Of a stretch of DNA of 64,000 bases, positions 42,051-50,610 are shown piece by piece. The position numbers and the translations under genes were made by a program. The stretch lies in NCBI GenBank assembly GCA_947591495.1, contig CANQDG010000001.1, forward strand, positions 21,485-85,484, read 5' to 3'. This DNA comes from an uncultured Bacilli bacterium. Lineage in GTDB: Bacteria; Bacillota_I; Bacilli_A; ML615J-28; CAG-313. Each line of letters opens with the position of its first letter. Positions within the stretch are counted from its first letter, which is position 1. The notes beneath the pieces are model-generated. The model had not been told where the DNA came from. It ran no database searches and saw only the letters and a program-made list of their open reading frames with translations.

Positions 42051-43386
42051 AAGCTACATTATTTTTCGTATCATCTTCTTGATTAGCATCAAGAAGAGAA
42101 TCATCAACTTTAGTTGCATTACCTTCAGATAAATTATCAGAAGTAACTTCACTAGGAGTAGGGGTTGGATTTAATAGTCCCGCATTAGGATTAATATCAC
42201 ATGATTTATATATAGCAAATTTAGCACAAGCAGGTCCGATTAACTCATATAAGACTGAAGATGATAAAATAATAGTGACAAGTTCAAGACCTAAGTCAGG
42301 CGGTAAAATTCTTTCGGCTAAAAAGGCAAGACCAATAGAAACACCTGCTTGAGGAATTAAAGCAAGTCCTAAATAACGTTTAACTTCTTTAGTATCTTTA
42401 CTAATGGTTCCGCCAAGCCAAGCTCCAAAGTATTTACCAACAATTCGAATGATAAAGTAGGTTACACCAATAAGTCCAAGGCTTGTCGCAAATAAAGAAT
42501 GAAGATCGAGTTTCATTCCCGATAAAACGAAAAAGATGGTCATAATTGGAGGCGTAAAATTATCTAATTGATGATAAAGATATTTATCATAACTGACATT
42601 GATATATGTCGCACCAAAAATCATACAAGAAAGAAGTGGGGAAATTTCCAAGATTCCACATAGTCCACTTAAGCCAAGGAGCATTGCTACAATAATAATT
42701 AAACGATTATCTTTGCTTCTTGAAGGACCTAATAATTTATTTAAAACAAAACCTAATACAAAACCTAATGCAATAAGCAAAATATTATAGATAATTGGTA
42801 AAATAATCTCGAGTGGTTTAATATTACCAGAGGAATTGGAGGCAAAAACGCTAGCAATACTAAAGATAAAAAGACAAACAACATCATCTAGGGCTACTAC
42901 TTGTAATAGTGTTTCCACAAAATGTCCTTTAGCATTATATTGTTTAATCGTCATCATTGTGCTTGCAGGGGCCGTAGCAGTAGCTATGGCACCAAGTAAT
43001 AAAGCAAAATTCAAGTCCTTTCGGAAAACAAAACAAACAAAGATTGTTACTACAATAAAGGCCATAACAGCTTCTAAAATAGTAATAATAATTACTTTAA
43101 TGCCTGTCTTTTTTAAAACATCTTTTTTGAAAAACTTTCCTACTCCAAAAGCAATGAAAGCTAAAGCAATATCACTAATAAATCCCATATTATCGACAAT
43201 AATTTGAGGAATAATACCTAAGACCGCAGGTCCGATTAAAACGCCCGCAATAATATAAGCAGTAACATTAGGCAATTTTAATAATTTAGTTATCCTAGTC
43301 ATCAAAAAACTGACGGATAAAATAATAAATAGTGATAAAAGTATTTGTGTTTCAATTGAAAAATTAGAAAATAAGTTGCTAAACAT
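42049..43386 (-). CDS. monovalent cation:proton antiporter (CPA2/Na+-H+ exchanger family)
   Basis: 445 aa with about 12 TM helices of Na_H_Exchanger type and an acidic C-terminal tail. Confidence 0.8.
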   Translation of the reverse strand: MFSNLFSNFSIETQILLSLFIILSVSFLMTRITKLLKLPNVTAYIIAGVLIGPAVLGIIPQIIVDNMGFISDIALAFIAFGVGKFFKKDVLKKTGIKVIIITILEAVMAFIVVTIFVCFVFRKDLNFALLLGAIATATAPASTMMTIKQYNAKGHFVETLLQVVALDDVVCLFIFSIASVFASNSSGNIKPLEIILPIIYNILLIALGFVLGFVLNKLLGPSRSKDNRLIIIVAMLLGLSGLCGILEISPLLSCMIFGATYINVSYDKYLYHQLDNFTPPIMTIFFVLSGMKLDLHSLFATSLGLIGVTYFIIRIVGKYFGAWLGGTISKDTKEVKRYLGLALIPQAGVSIGLAFLAERILPPDLGLELVTIILSSSVLYELIGPACAKFAIYKSCDINPNAGLLNPTPTPSEVTSDNLSEGNATKVDDSLLDANQEDDTKNNVA

Positions 43387-43508
43387 CAGTGATACTTCCT
43401 TTTATTTGATATAAATACTAAGATATGATATAATTATATCACTTTCTTTATATAAAATCAAATTATAAAAAATAAGCATATAATAAGAAAAATTTATGGA
43501 GGTTTAAA

Positions 43509-44405
43509 ATGATTACACCAAAAATTGAAACATTACTTAAAGTTTGTGAATTAAAAAGTTTTACAAAAGCCGCTACAGCACTAAATTTAACTCAACCAGC
43601 AGTCAGTCAACATATTAAACAAATCGAAGAAGATTTAAACATAAAAATTTTTAATCGAACTGATAAAGAATTAAAACTTACATCTGAAGGTGAAATAGTT
43701 GTTAAATATGCTAGAAGAATGGTTACTTTATATCAAAATTTACGTCGGGCGATTGAATTAGAAAAAAAGCAATTAAAGCATTTAAGTGTAGGAGTAACGC
43801 ATTCCTTAGAAAATAATATCATTTCAAGTGTCTTTGCTAAATATTGCTATGAAAAAAATAACATTCATGTTACAATTATTACCGATACAATTAAAAACCT
43901 TTATAATATGTTAAAAACCTATGAAATTGATTTAGCTATTATTGAAGGTAAAATTTTAGATAATGATTTTAAATCAATTTTACTTGATACAGATTATTTA
44001 GTCTTAGCTGTTTCTAATTCTAATCCTTTAGCATTAAAAAAGATTATTACCTTAGAAGATTTAAAAAAGGAAAAATTAATTTTAAGACTGCCAGGATCTG
44101 GAACTAGATCACTTTTTGAGGCTCATCTTGCATCACATAACGAATTATTAGATGAATATAATGTTATTCTCGAAGTTGATAATATCGCTACGATTAAGGA
44201 ATTAGTTCAAAAAAACTTTGGTGTATCAATTCTTTCTAATAGTGCGTGTTTAAAAGATGTTAAAAAGGATAAGTTTAAAGTAATACCTGTTGAAAACTTG
44301 AGTATGGTAAGAGAAATAAATATTGTATATCATCGTGATTTTGCTCACCAAGATATTTTAAATGATATCGCAAAAATTTATTATGAACTAAATCAACAAG
44401 CATAA
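43509..44405 (+). CDS. LysR-family transcriptional regulator
   Basis: N-terminal HTH (LKSFTKAATALNLTQPAVSQHIKQIE) plus a LysR substrate-binding domain. Divergent from the antiporter gene. Confidence 0.85.
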   Translation: MITPKIETLLKVCELKSFTKAATALNLTQPAVSQHIKQIEEDLNIKIFNRTDKELKLTSEGEIVVKYARRMVTLYQNLRRAIELEKKQLKHLSVGVTHSLENNIISSVFAKYCYEKNNIHVTIITDTIKNLYNMLKTYEIDLAIIEGKILDNDFKSILLDTDYLVLAVSNSNPLALKKIITLEDLKKEKLILRLPGSGTRSLFEAHLASHNELLDEYNVILEVDNIATIKELVQKNFGVSILSNSACLKDVKKDKFKVIPVENLSMVREINIVYHRDFAHQDILNDIAKIYYELNQQA

Positions 44406-44417
44406 AGCTTAAAAATC

Positions 44418-44474
44418 ATTGTCAACTAAAAAATAAATATATTAGTTGACAAAAAAGCATCAAATCATTATAAT
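44418..44474 (+). promoter_or_regulatory. BirA operator (bioO) overlapping consensus promoter of birA-bioY
   Basis: Perfect 11-bp inverted repeat TTGTCAACTAA-N13-TTAGTTGACAA at 44418-44452. The right arm contains a -35 TTGACA, followed by a 17-bp spacer and the -10 TATAAT at 44469-44474. Confidence 0.7.
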
Positions 44475-44489
44475 AATTATGGTGATAAA

Positions 44490-45470
44490 ATGTTAAATAA
44501 TCAAGAAATAAAAAAGCAAATTCTTAAGATCTTAAAGGCTCATCCTAATCAATTAATTACAGGTGCTTATATTGCAAATACTTGTCATATTACAAGAAGT
44601 TATGTTAGTAAAGTTGTTAAAGAATTAATCGAAATTGGCTACTATATTCAAATAAAAAATCGTAGTGGATATATATATCAAAGTGATAATAAAGTTTTAG
44701 ATCAAGAATATCTTAAAAAAAACTTAAAGCCTTTAATGGATGTTATCGTTTTAGATAAAGTTGATTCAACCAATAACTATCTAAAAATACTCGCAAAAGA
44801 TTCCAAAAAAGAAAAAATCCTTGTTGTTGCTAATATGCAAACAGCTGGTAGAGGTCGACTTGGACGTAATTTTCTATCAAATAATGCCAGTGGTATTTAT
44901 ATGAGTATGTTAATAAGGCCTACTTTTAATTTAGAATATGCAAAAAAATTAACTTGTTTAGTTGCCAGTGCCGTAAGTATAGCAATTAAAAAAATGACTA
45001 ATCTAGATGCTAAAATTAAATGGGTTAATGATATATATATAAATAATAAAAAAGTTTGTGGAATTTTGACGGAAGCTGCTACACAATTTGAAGGTGGCAA
45101 TTTAGAATATATAATTATTGGCATAGGTGTCAATATGTATCATCAACATTTTGATGATGATTTAGTCAAGAAAGTCACTACAATCGAAGATGAAAGTGGT
45201 CAAATTTATTCACGTAATGATTTAATTATTACAATTATTAATCAAGTTAACCAATATTTAGAAAATATTACTAATGATATTTATATGGAAGATTACATTA
45301 AACGATCGCTAGTAATCAATAAAAAAGTCGAATTACAAAAAAATGATACCACCCAAGAAGTTTTAGTTAAAGGAATTACTAAAGATGGTGAACTAGAAAT
45401 TTTAGTAAATAATACGATTCAAAAAGTGACTTCAGGGGAAATTACGAGGATGGTATTATTAAATGAATAA
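44490..45470 (+). CDS. birA: bifunctional biotin operon repressor / biotin-[acetyl-CoA-carboxylase] ligase BirA
   Basis: N-terminal wHTH and the biotin-protein-ligase motif QTAGRGRLGRNF. C-terminal SH3-like domain. Confidence 0.9.
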   Translation: MLNNQEIKKQILKILKAHPNQLITGAYIANTCHITRSYVSKVVKELIEIGYYIQIKNRSGYIYQSDNKVLDQEYLKKNLKPLMDVIVLDKVDSTNNYLKILAKDSKKEKILVVANMQTAGRGRLGRNFLSNNASGIYMSMLIRPTFNLEYAKKLTCLVASAVSIAIKKMTNLDAKIKWVNDIYINNKKVCGILTEAATQFEGGNLEYIIIGIGVNMYHQHFDDDLVKKVTTIEDESGQIYSRNDLIITIINQVNQYLENITNDIYMEDYIKRSLVINKKVELQKNDTTQEVLVKGITKDGELEILVNNTIQKVTSGEITRMVLLNE

Positions 45471-45996
45471 AACGTTAAGAAAAATCATTAAAATAGCCAT
45501 TTTTGCTTCGATGCTAGCAGTAATGTCACCATGGTCAATTAATATAAGTATAATACCTATTACCTTTGCTCTTTTTGCAATCTATTTAATTGGTGCTGTT
45601 ACCAAAGGTTTTGACGGCCTTTTTGCGACAATGATTTATATTGTTTTAGGAATTATTGGACTTCCGATATTTTCATCGTTTAGAAGTGGTATTAGTGTCA
45701 TAGTGGGACCTACAGGAGGTTATCTTGTAGGTTATTTACCTTGTATTTTATGTGTTAGTTTAATAACATCAATTAATAAGAAAAAATTTTTTCTCTATCC
45801 TTTATCGATGATTATAGGAACGTTTTTTTGCTATTTGCTAGGAACCATTTGGTATGTTATATTAACAGAAAATTCAATTGGTTATGCTATAAGTGTTTGT
45901 GTATTGCCTTTTATTTTAGGAGATATGATCAAGATTATAGTTGCAAGCATAGTGGCATATATAATTAATACTAAGACCAAAATTTTTAATTATTAA
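45463..45996 (+). CDS. bioY: biotin ECF-transporter S component BioY
   Basis: 177 aa with 5-6 TM helices and a BioY-like sequence (GPTGGYLVGYL). Overlaps the birA stop. Confidence 0.8.
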   Translation: MNKTLRKIIKIAIFASMLAVMSPWSINISIIPITFALFAIYLIGAVTKGFDGLFATMIYIVLGIIGLPIFSSFRSGISVIVGPTGGYLVGYLPCILCVSLITSINKKKFFLYPLSMIIGTFFCYLLGTIWYVILTENSIGYAISVCVLPFILGDMIKIIVASIVAYIINTKTKIFNY

Positions 45997-46064
45997 TAAA
46001 AATAAATAATAATAAAGCGTCATTAAAGAGTTTTTCCCAATATTTTGATATAATATCAATAGAT

Positions 46065-46153
46065 GGAAAATTACTCAAGTGGTTGAAGAGGATGGTTTCG
46101 AAAACCATTAGGGTGTCAAAGCTGCGGGGGTTCGAATCCCCCATTTTCCGCCA
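46065..46153 (+). tRNA. tRNA-Ser (anticodon CGA)
   Basis: Acceptor stem GGAAAAT / ATTTTCC with discriminator G and an encoded CCA. Anticodon stem ATGGT / ACCAT with loop TTCGAAA. Long variable arm and T-arm GGTTCGAATCC. Confidence 0.8.
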
Positions 46154-46427
46154 TTAATGTTATTTGTTCTTTCATAATAATGAATTTTAAATCAATATAT
46201 TACAAGAACTACAACAAAATTTTTGCAAACTGGAAGATTTGTAGACCCAATTTCTGATGTTGGTCTTAAACCAAAATATGCAATACAACAATTAATGAAA
46301 AAAGGACTACAATAAAAACCAAAAATAAAACTGTTACAACGCCATCAACAACGGCAACAGTTACTACAACAACTACAGAACAAGTGCTTTAAGGAAAAAA
46401 CTTAAGGACAAATGTGAGAAGTTATGG

Positions 46428-46470
46428 CAAGAAAGTTCGTAAGGTAAAAAGCAAGAACTTTCTTTTTTTG
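46428..46470 (+). terminator. hairpin + T-run
   Basis: AGAAAGTTC...GAACTTTCT followed by TTTTTTG. Confidence 0.4.
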
Positions 46471-46492
46471 CAACGTTATTATCTAAATTGAC

Positions 46493-46530
46493 GCAAAACA
46501 ATTGATATTTGCATTGTTTTGCGCTATAAT
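46493..46530 (+). promoter_or_regulatory. abiEi promoter with operator-like inverted repeat
   Basis: Perfect inverted repeat GCAAAACAAT-N10-ATTGTTTTGC. It overlaps a TTGATA -35 (46502-46507), with a 17-bp spacer before the -10 TATAAT (46525-46530). Confidence 0.6.
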
Positions 46531-46556
46531 AGTTAAAAAAAATAGGTGATTTGATT

Positions 46557-47294
46557 ATGGTAAAATGGATTCCCTTTGTTATTACAAAAAAGGATATGCG
46601 ACCGCATTTCTCGAGCGATATACAATATGAAAATTGGATCGCAGGGCAGCTTCGCGCTAAAAGAATCATGAAGGTGCGCAAAGGGCTCTATGTCCTAGTC
46701 GATATTACGGGTGAGCCGATGGCAACGAAATTTGAGATTGCAAGCAAAATCACGGATGACGCTTTTCTATGCTATCATTCGGCATTGGAATTTTACGGCG
46801 TGGCGAATCAGGTGTTCCATACGATGATGGTCGGGAGCAAGTTGCGGTTTAATTCGTTCTCTTTCCTCGACGTCGATTATATCCGCAAACAGCCAAACAA
46901 CGATTACGGTATCGCGTATATCAAACAGGCAGGGGTACGCGTCACCACGCTCGAGCGCACGGTGATTGACTGTATCAACAATATCGATTCGTGTGGTGGG
47001 ATTGACGAACTACTTGGTGCGCTTGTGCAGATCCGCATTCTCGATGAAAAAGAACTGCTTGGCACGCTCAATGCCTACAACAGTATATTTCTCTATCAAA
47101 AGGCGGGATATATTCTACAACACTATCAAGAAAAATTTGACTTGTCGGATGCTTTCTTTGTGGAATGCAAACGGCACTTGACAAAACAAGTGAAGTATTT
47201 CTTAAATGATGAATATGGTGAAGTGGAGTACAATTCCGAGTGGCGGCTGATGGCACCGAAAAATCTCATTTCTCGGATTGGAGGAGGCTATTAA
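46557..47294 (+). CDS. abiEi: AbiEi-family antitoxin/transcriptional regulator (type IV TA / abortive infection)
   Basis: N-terminal wHTH with the KGLYVLVD motif typical of AbiEi. GC content is visibly far above the flanks. AGGTGA RBS. Its stop abuts the start of abiEii. Confidence 0.65.
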   Translation: MVKWIPFVITKKDMRPHFSSDIQYENWIAGQLRAKRIMKVRKGLYVLVDITGEPMATKFEIASKITDDAFLCYHSALEFYGVANQVFHTMMVGSKLRFNSFSFLDVDYIRKQPNNDYGIAYIKQAGVRVTTLERTVIDCINNIDSCGGIDELLGALVQIRILDEKELLGTLNAYNSIFLYQKAGYILQHYQEKFDLSDAFFVECKRHLTKQVKYFLNDEYGEVEYNSEWRLMAPKNLISRIGGGY

Positions 47295-48233
47295 ATGCAA
47301 TTTTCAAAGCAATATTTGAGTAGTTTAGCAGCGCAGACGGGTTTCATCAAGGAAACACTCGAAAAGGTCTTACGCCTTGCCGAGGTCTTGCGATTTCTGA
47401 ACGGCGATTCCCTCATCGGTGGAAAGCTCGCATTGAAAGGTGGCACGGCAATCAATCTAACGGCGGCCGAACTTCCACGGCTATCCGTGGATATTGACCT
47501 CGACTATGCGGAAAACGTCACCCGCGATAAACTTCCTGTCGCAAAGGAAAAGATTGGCAAGCGCCTCACAGACTATATGTTCCAAGAAGGTTATTCGTTC
47601 ATCGACACGAGGGAATATTTTGCCCTTACATCTTTTGTGTTTGGCTATATCAACTGCGCAGGCAATCGGGACAATATAAAGGTCGATGTCAACTATCTCG
47701 ACCGTTGCCATATCCTTCCCCTCGAAAAGAAGAACCTTTTGACGAAGGGGATTATTGGCGGCTTTAACGTTCTTGCACTGAACATGACCGAACTATATGC
47801 CAGCAAGATCAACGCGCTTTTGTCGCGGGCGACGCCGCGGGACTTGTACGATGTCCATTCGATGATTGAGCACGATATCGTAACCGATAAGACTTTGCTC
47901 AGAAAATGCTTGATATTTTACAGTGTCATCGCGGGCGACTATTCGATTACGGAATTGAACTACGCCAATCTCAAAAGTTTGAATTTTTACAAATTCAAGA
48001 CGCAGTTAAAGCCCGTGATCGCCAAGACGGATCCTTTTGACATCGAAAATGCAAAGATAATCGTGATAGACTACTTAAAAGATCTGATTGTCTTGACGGC
48101 GGGTGAAACCGAATTCGTGCAGAAAATGAAAGAGAAAGTTTATGAGCCTTCACTCCTTTTCGATGACGAGGCTATTGTCCAACGTATCTTACACCACCCC
48201 GCCGCATTGTGGCGCACGAGAGGAACGGAATAA
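47295..48233 (+). CDS. abiEii: AbiEii/AbiGii-family nucleotidyltransferase toxin (DUF1814)
   Basis: LALKGGTAINL...RLSVDIDLDY nucleotidyltransferase motif characteristic of AbiEii. GC-rich. Confidence 0.75.
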   Translation: MQFSKQYLSSLAAQTGFIKETLEKVLRLAEVLRFLNGDSLIGGKLALKGGTAINLTAAELPRLSVDIDLDYAENVTRDKLPVAKEKIGKRLTDYMFQEGYSFIDTREYFALTSFVFGYINCAGNRDNIKVDVNYLDRCHILPLEKKNLLTKGIIGGFNVLALNMTELYASKINALLSRATPRDLYDVHSMIEHDIVTDKTLLRKCLIFYSVIAGDYSITELNYANLKSLNFYKFKTQLKPVIAKTDPFDIENAKIIVIDYLKDLIVLTAGETEFVQKMKEKVYEPSLLFDDEAIVQRILHHPAALWRTRGTE

Positions 48234-48651
48234 AGACAAAATAGGTTGAATTTGGCAATATTCAAAGATGTGGTGCTAATGGATATTAATGAAAAAAATA
48301 AGGTAATTCTTGTGCTGAAAATTTACGATAACATAGAATTAAAATTTTCCGCTGGTTGAAATGGCATTTGGTGCAAGCGCAAAGGATAAATTATTGCGCT
48401 AGATATTTTAATATTCACGGATGAAATATAATTTGCAATCAGATAGATGATTTAGCTAGGTATAATAATTGTGTATATGATAATTTGTTTAAAAATGGAA
48501 TTAGATATAATATAGGTGTAAAAAATTTTCGTATATAAGAGAGTTAAATATCTGGGCAATTTTAACACATCTTGTAGTATATAGTAATGATGAAACTCTC
48601 TTATAGGGAAGTTTTTTTGCAATTTATAGGTCAAACAGGGATGATGGCTTT

Positions 48652-48981
48652 ATGAAGAAAATATTTATAGTTTTAGCTAGCATAATGTTTATAATGTGTT
48701 TAACTGGATGCAAAAAAGAATATTCTGATGATAGTTTAGAATTATATATAAAATTAGAATATAAAGATAAATTTGAAAATCAGGAATTTACAATGACTGA
48801 TTTTAAATATGATAATCTGAAAAGTTTTTGGTATTATGGTTGGTATGATGATAATGATGAAAGTTATGGCATAATGTTTATATATTTGCAAAAAGCTGGA
48901 CAAAAAGCAATAAAACATTTTGAAAAACTTGAATTCGTAAAAGATGTAAAAAAAGAACCATTAATGGAAATTGCAAGTTAG
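48652..48981 (+). CDS. small lipoprotein (hypothetical)
   Basis: Signal peptide with lipobox LTGCKK. 109 aa. Confidence 0.5.
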   Translation: MKKIFIVLASIMFIMCLTGCKKEYSDDSLELYIKLEYKDKFENQEFTMTDFKYDNLKSFWYYGWYDDNDESYGIMFIYLQKAGQKAIKHFEKLEFVKDVKKEPLMEIAS

Positions 48982-49152
48982 AGTAAAAGAAATTATTATA
49001 TGAAGAAAAACAAAAAAATTTATTTGTTTTTAATCTAGAAGAATGAAAATGCTGCATAGCCAAAAGTGCTCTAAAATATGATAGTTTTATGGTATTTTTT
49101 CATAATAGTTATAATCTATTACTTTAGATGGGGCAAAAAATATAATTTCAGT

Positions 49153-49185
49153 AACTCTCTTGTTTAACATAAGGGAGTTTTTTGC
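49153..49185 (+). terminator. hairpin + T-run upstream of lipoprotein gene (repeated leader element)
   Basis: AACTCTCTT-GTTTAACAT-AAGGGAGTT followed by TTTTGC. A degenerate copy lies at 48593-48620. Confidence 0.5.
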
Positions 49186-49234
49186 TTTATTATCTATTTA
49201 GTTTTATAAAATAATAATTGAGGAGGATATATCT

Positions 49235-49798
49235 ATGAATTCATTCAAAAGATTGTTTATTTTATTTGGAGTGATACTCTTTATTATATTTCTTCCCTCT
49301 TGTTTCAAACATGAACATTTTGAATTTCAAGAAGGAATATATAAATATGATGGTGAACCATTTTTGTTTTATCAAGATGTAATAATTGAAGATATAATTA
49401 TTGAATTTAAAGAATCTGATCTTGATTATAATGATTTAGAAGATAAAACTAATTATATTCAAAATCGTAAAAATAAAAAAACATATGAAGTAATATTTAG
49501 TTTGAAAAGACAAAATGAAACTAATTATATTGAAGCATCTTTTCTATCACTTCCTAAAGTTGGTGATCAAATTGATCGATATCGTATTGATATTGATTTA
49601 ACAGATTTAATGAAAGAAGAAGCAAGAGCAGAATTTCGTTTGCAATTTTCAAATAATATAAATGAAGAACCTATTGCTAATGAAATATCATTAGATTTAA
49701 TGGAACTAACTATTAATGGAAATACAAAAAACATAATGCCAGAAGATGATCCATTTAATTATAGTAATAGTTTGTATTATATAGGAGGAAATATATGA
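49235..49798 (+). CDS. lipoprotein (hypothetical)
   Basis: Signal peptide with lipobox LPSCFK. GGAGGA RBS. 187 aa. Confidence 0.5.
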   Translation: MNSFKRLFILFGVILFIIFLPSCFKHEHFEFQEGIYKYDGEPFLFYQDVIIEDIIIEFKESDLDYNDLEDKTNYIQNRKNKKTYEVIFSLKRQNETNYIEASFLSLPKVGDQIDRYRIDIDLTDLMKEEARAEFRLQFSNNINEEPIANEISLDLMELTINGNTKNIMPEDDPFNYSNSLYYIGGNI

Positions 49799-50070
49799 AG
49801 AAATTTTTAATTATAATTTTATCAATAATTTCAATTTCAAGTTTTTATTATTTATTACCCAAAACTATAAATGCTACAAAAATACTATATGATAAAGTTG
49901 TGGTTCAATATGTGTGCTAGTCGTGAAGATGGGTTTTTAATGTCATATCAAAATGAATGCAAAAATAGGCAAGTTATGCCTATAATATTACTCTATTCAA
50001 AATAGAATTAGACATTATGACAAGAGGAATAATTAACGAAGATTAATTAAACGCTTTAAGAGAATGCTTG

Positions 50071-50127
50071 CGAAAACCATTATGGTTGTAAAAGACTGCA
50101 GGGCTTTGAATCGTCCATTTTCCGTCA
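50071..50127 (+). repeat. degenerate direct repeat of tRNA-Ser 3' portion (attR-like / tRNA pseudogene)
   Basis: GCGAAAACCATTA...TTTGAATCGTCCATTTTCCGTCA aligns with tRNA positions 46097-46153 at roughly 70-75% identity. Weak similarity may extend over the whole tRNA, back to about 50035. Confidence 0.5.
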
Positions 50128-50322
50128 TTAACTTAACCAGATTGATAAATTCATGCAAACATAAATTTTTGTTTTTATGAATTATCAGTCTGTTTTTTAT
50201 TTATAAAGCAATATTAAAATAGTAGTTAAATAGACAAAAAATGAAAAAAAATAAAAAATTGTCTATTTAAATTGACTTTTTTAATGATGGTAGTATAGCA
50301 TTATTGAATGGAGTTGATTTTT

Positions 50323-50475
50323 ATGCAACTATATAAAAGAGAACAATATTTAAAAAAAATTAGAGGCTTTTATCATGATAATGAAATGATAAAAGTTATA
50401 ACAGGTGTTAGAAGATGTGATAAATCATCAATGATGCTAATGATAAAAGATGAGCTTATTAATAGTAAGCTATAA
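50323..50475 (+). pseudogene. N-terminal fragment of a DUF4143/COG1373 AAA+ ATPase with disrupted P-loop
   Basis: A 50-aa ORF with REQYLKKI...IKVITGVRRCDKS matches the N-terminus of this ATPase family. The P-loop glycine is replaced (GKS becomes DKS) and the ORF stops after 50 aa. Confidence 0.55.
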
Positions 50476-50491
50476 AACATAACTATTCAAT

Positions 50492-50580
50492 AATTGCATA
50501 TTTTCAATAGTTTTTTGCTAATAAAATTGCATATTTTTAATAGTTTTTTACTAATAAAATTGCATATTTTTAATAATTAA
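50492..50580 (+). repeat. 33-bp tandem direct repeats (about 2.5 copies) upstream of AAA ATPase gene
   Basis: AATTGCATATTTTCAATAGTTTTTTGCTAATAA, then AATTGCATATTTTTAATAGTTTTTTACTAATAA, then a partial third copy. Confidence 0.65.
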
Positions 50581-50610
50581 TATATAATATTAATAGAAAG
50601 GATAAAAAAT

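Larger units (their letters stand above)
46154..50127 (+). mobile_element. small tRNA-Ser-associated genomic island remnant (no integrase)
   Basis: Begins at the tRNA 3' end and ends with a degenerate copy of the tRNA 3' portion. Contains a GC-rich AbiE cassette, two lipoprotein genes and Thr-rich coding debris at 46320-46390. Confidence 0.5.

Noticed and set aside
46154-50127. Integrase/recombinase expected for a tRNA-linked island.
   Set aside because: No ORF in the interval has tyrosine- or serine-recombinase features. The island is therefore called a remnant rather than an intact integrative element.
50492-50580. Possible CRISPR array (direct repeats).
   Set aside because: Only ~2.5 contiguous copies of a 33-bp unit with no intervening unique spacers and no cas genes nearby. 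This is a tandem repeat, not a CRISPR.
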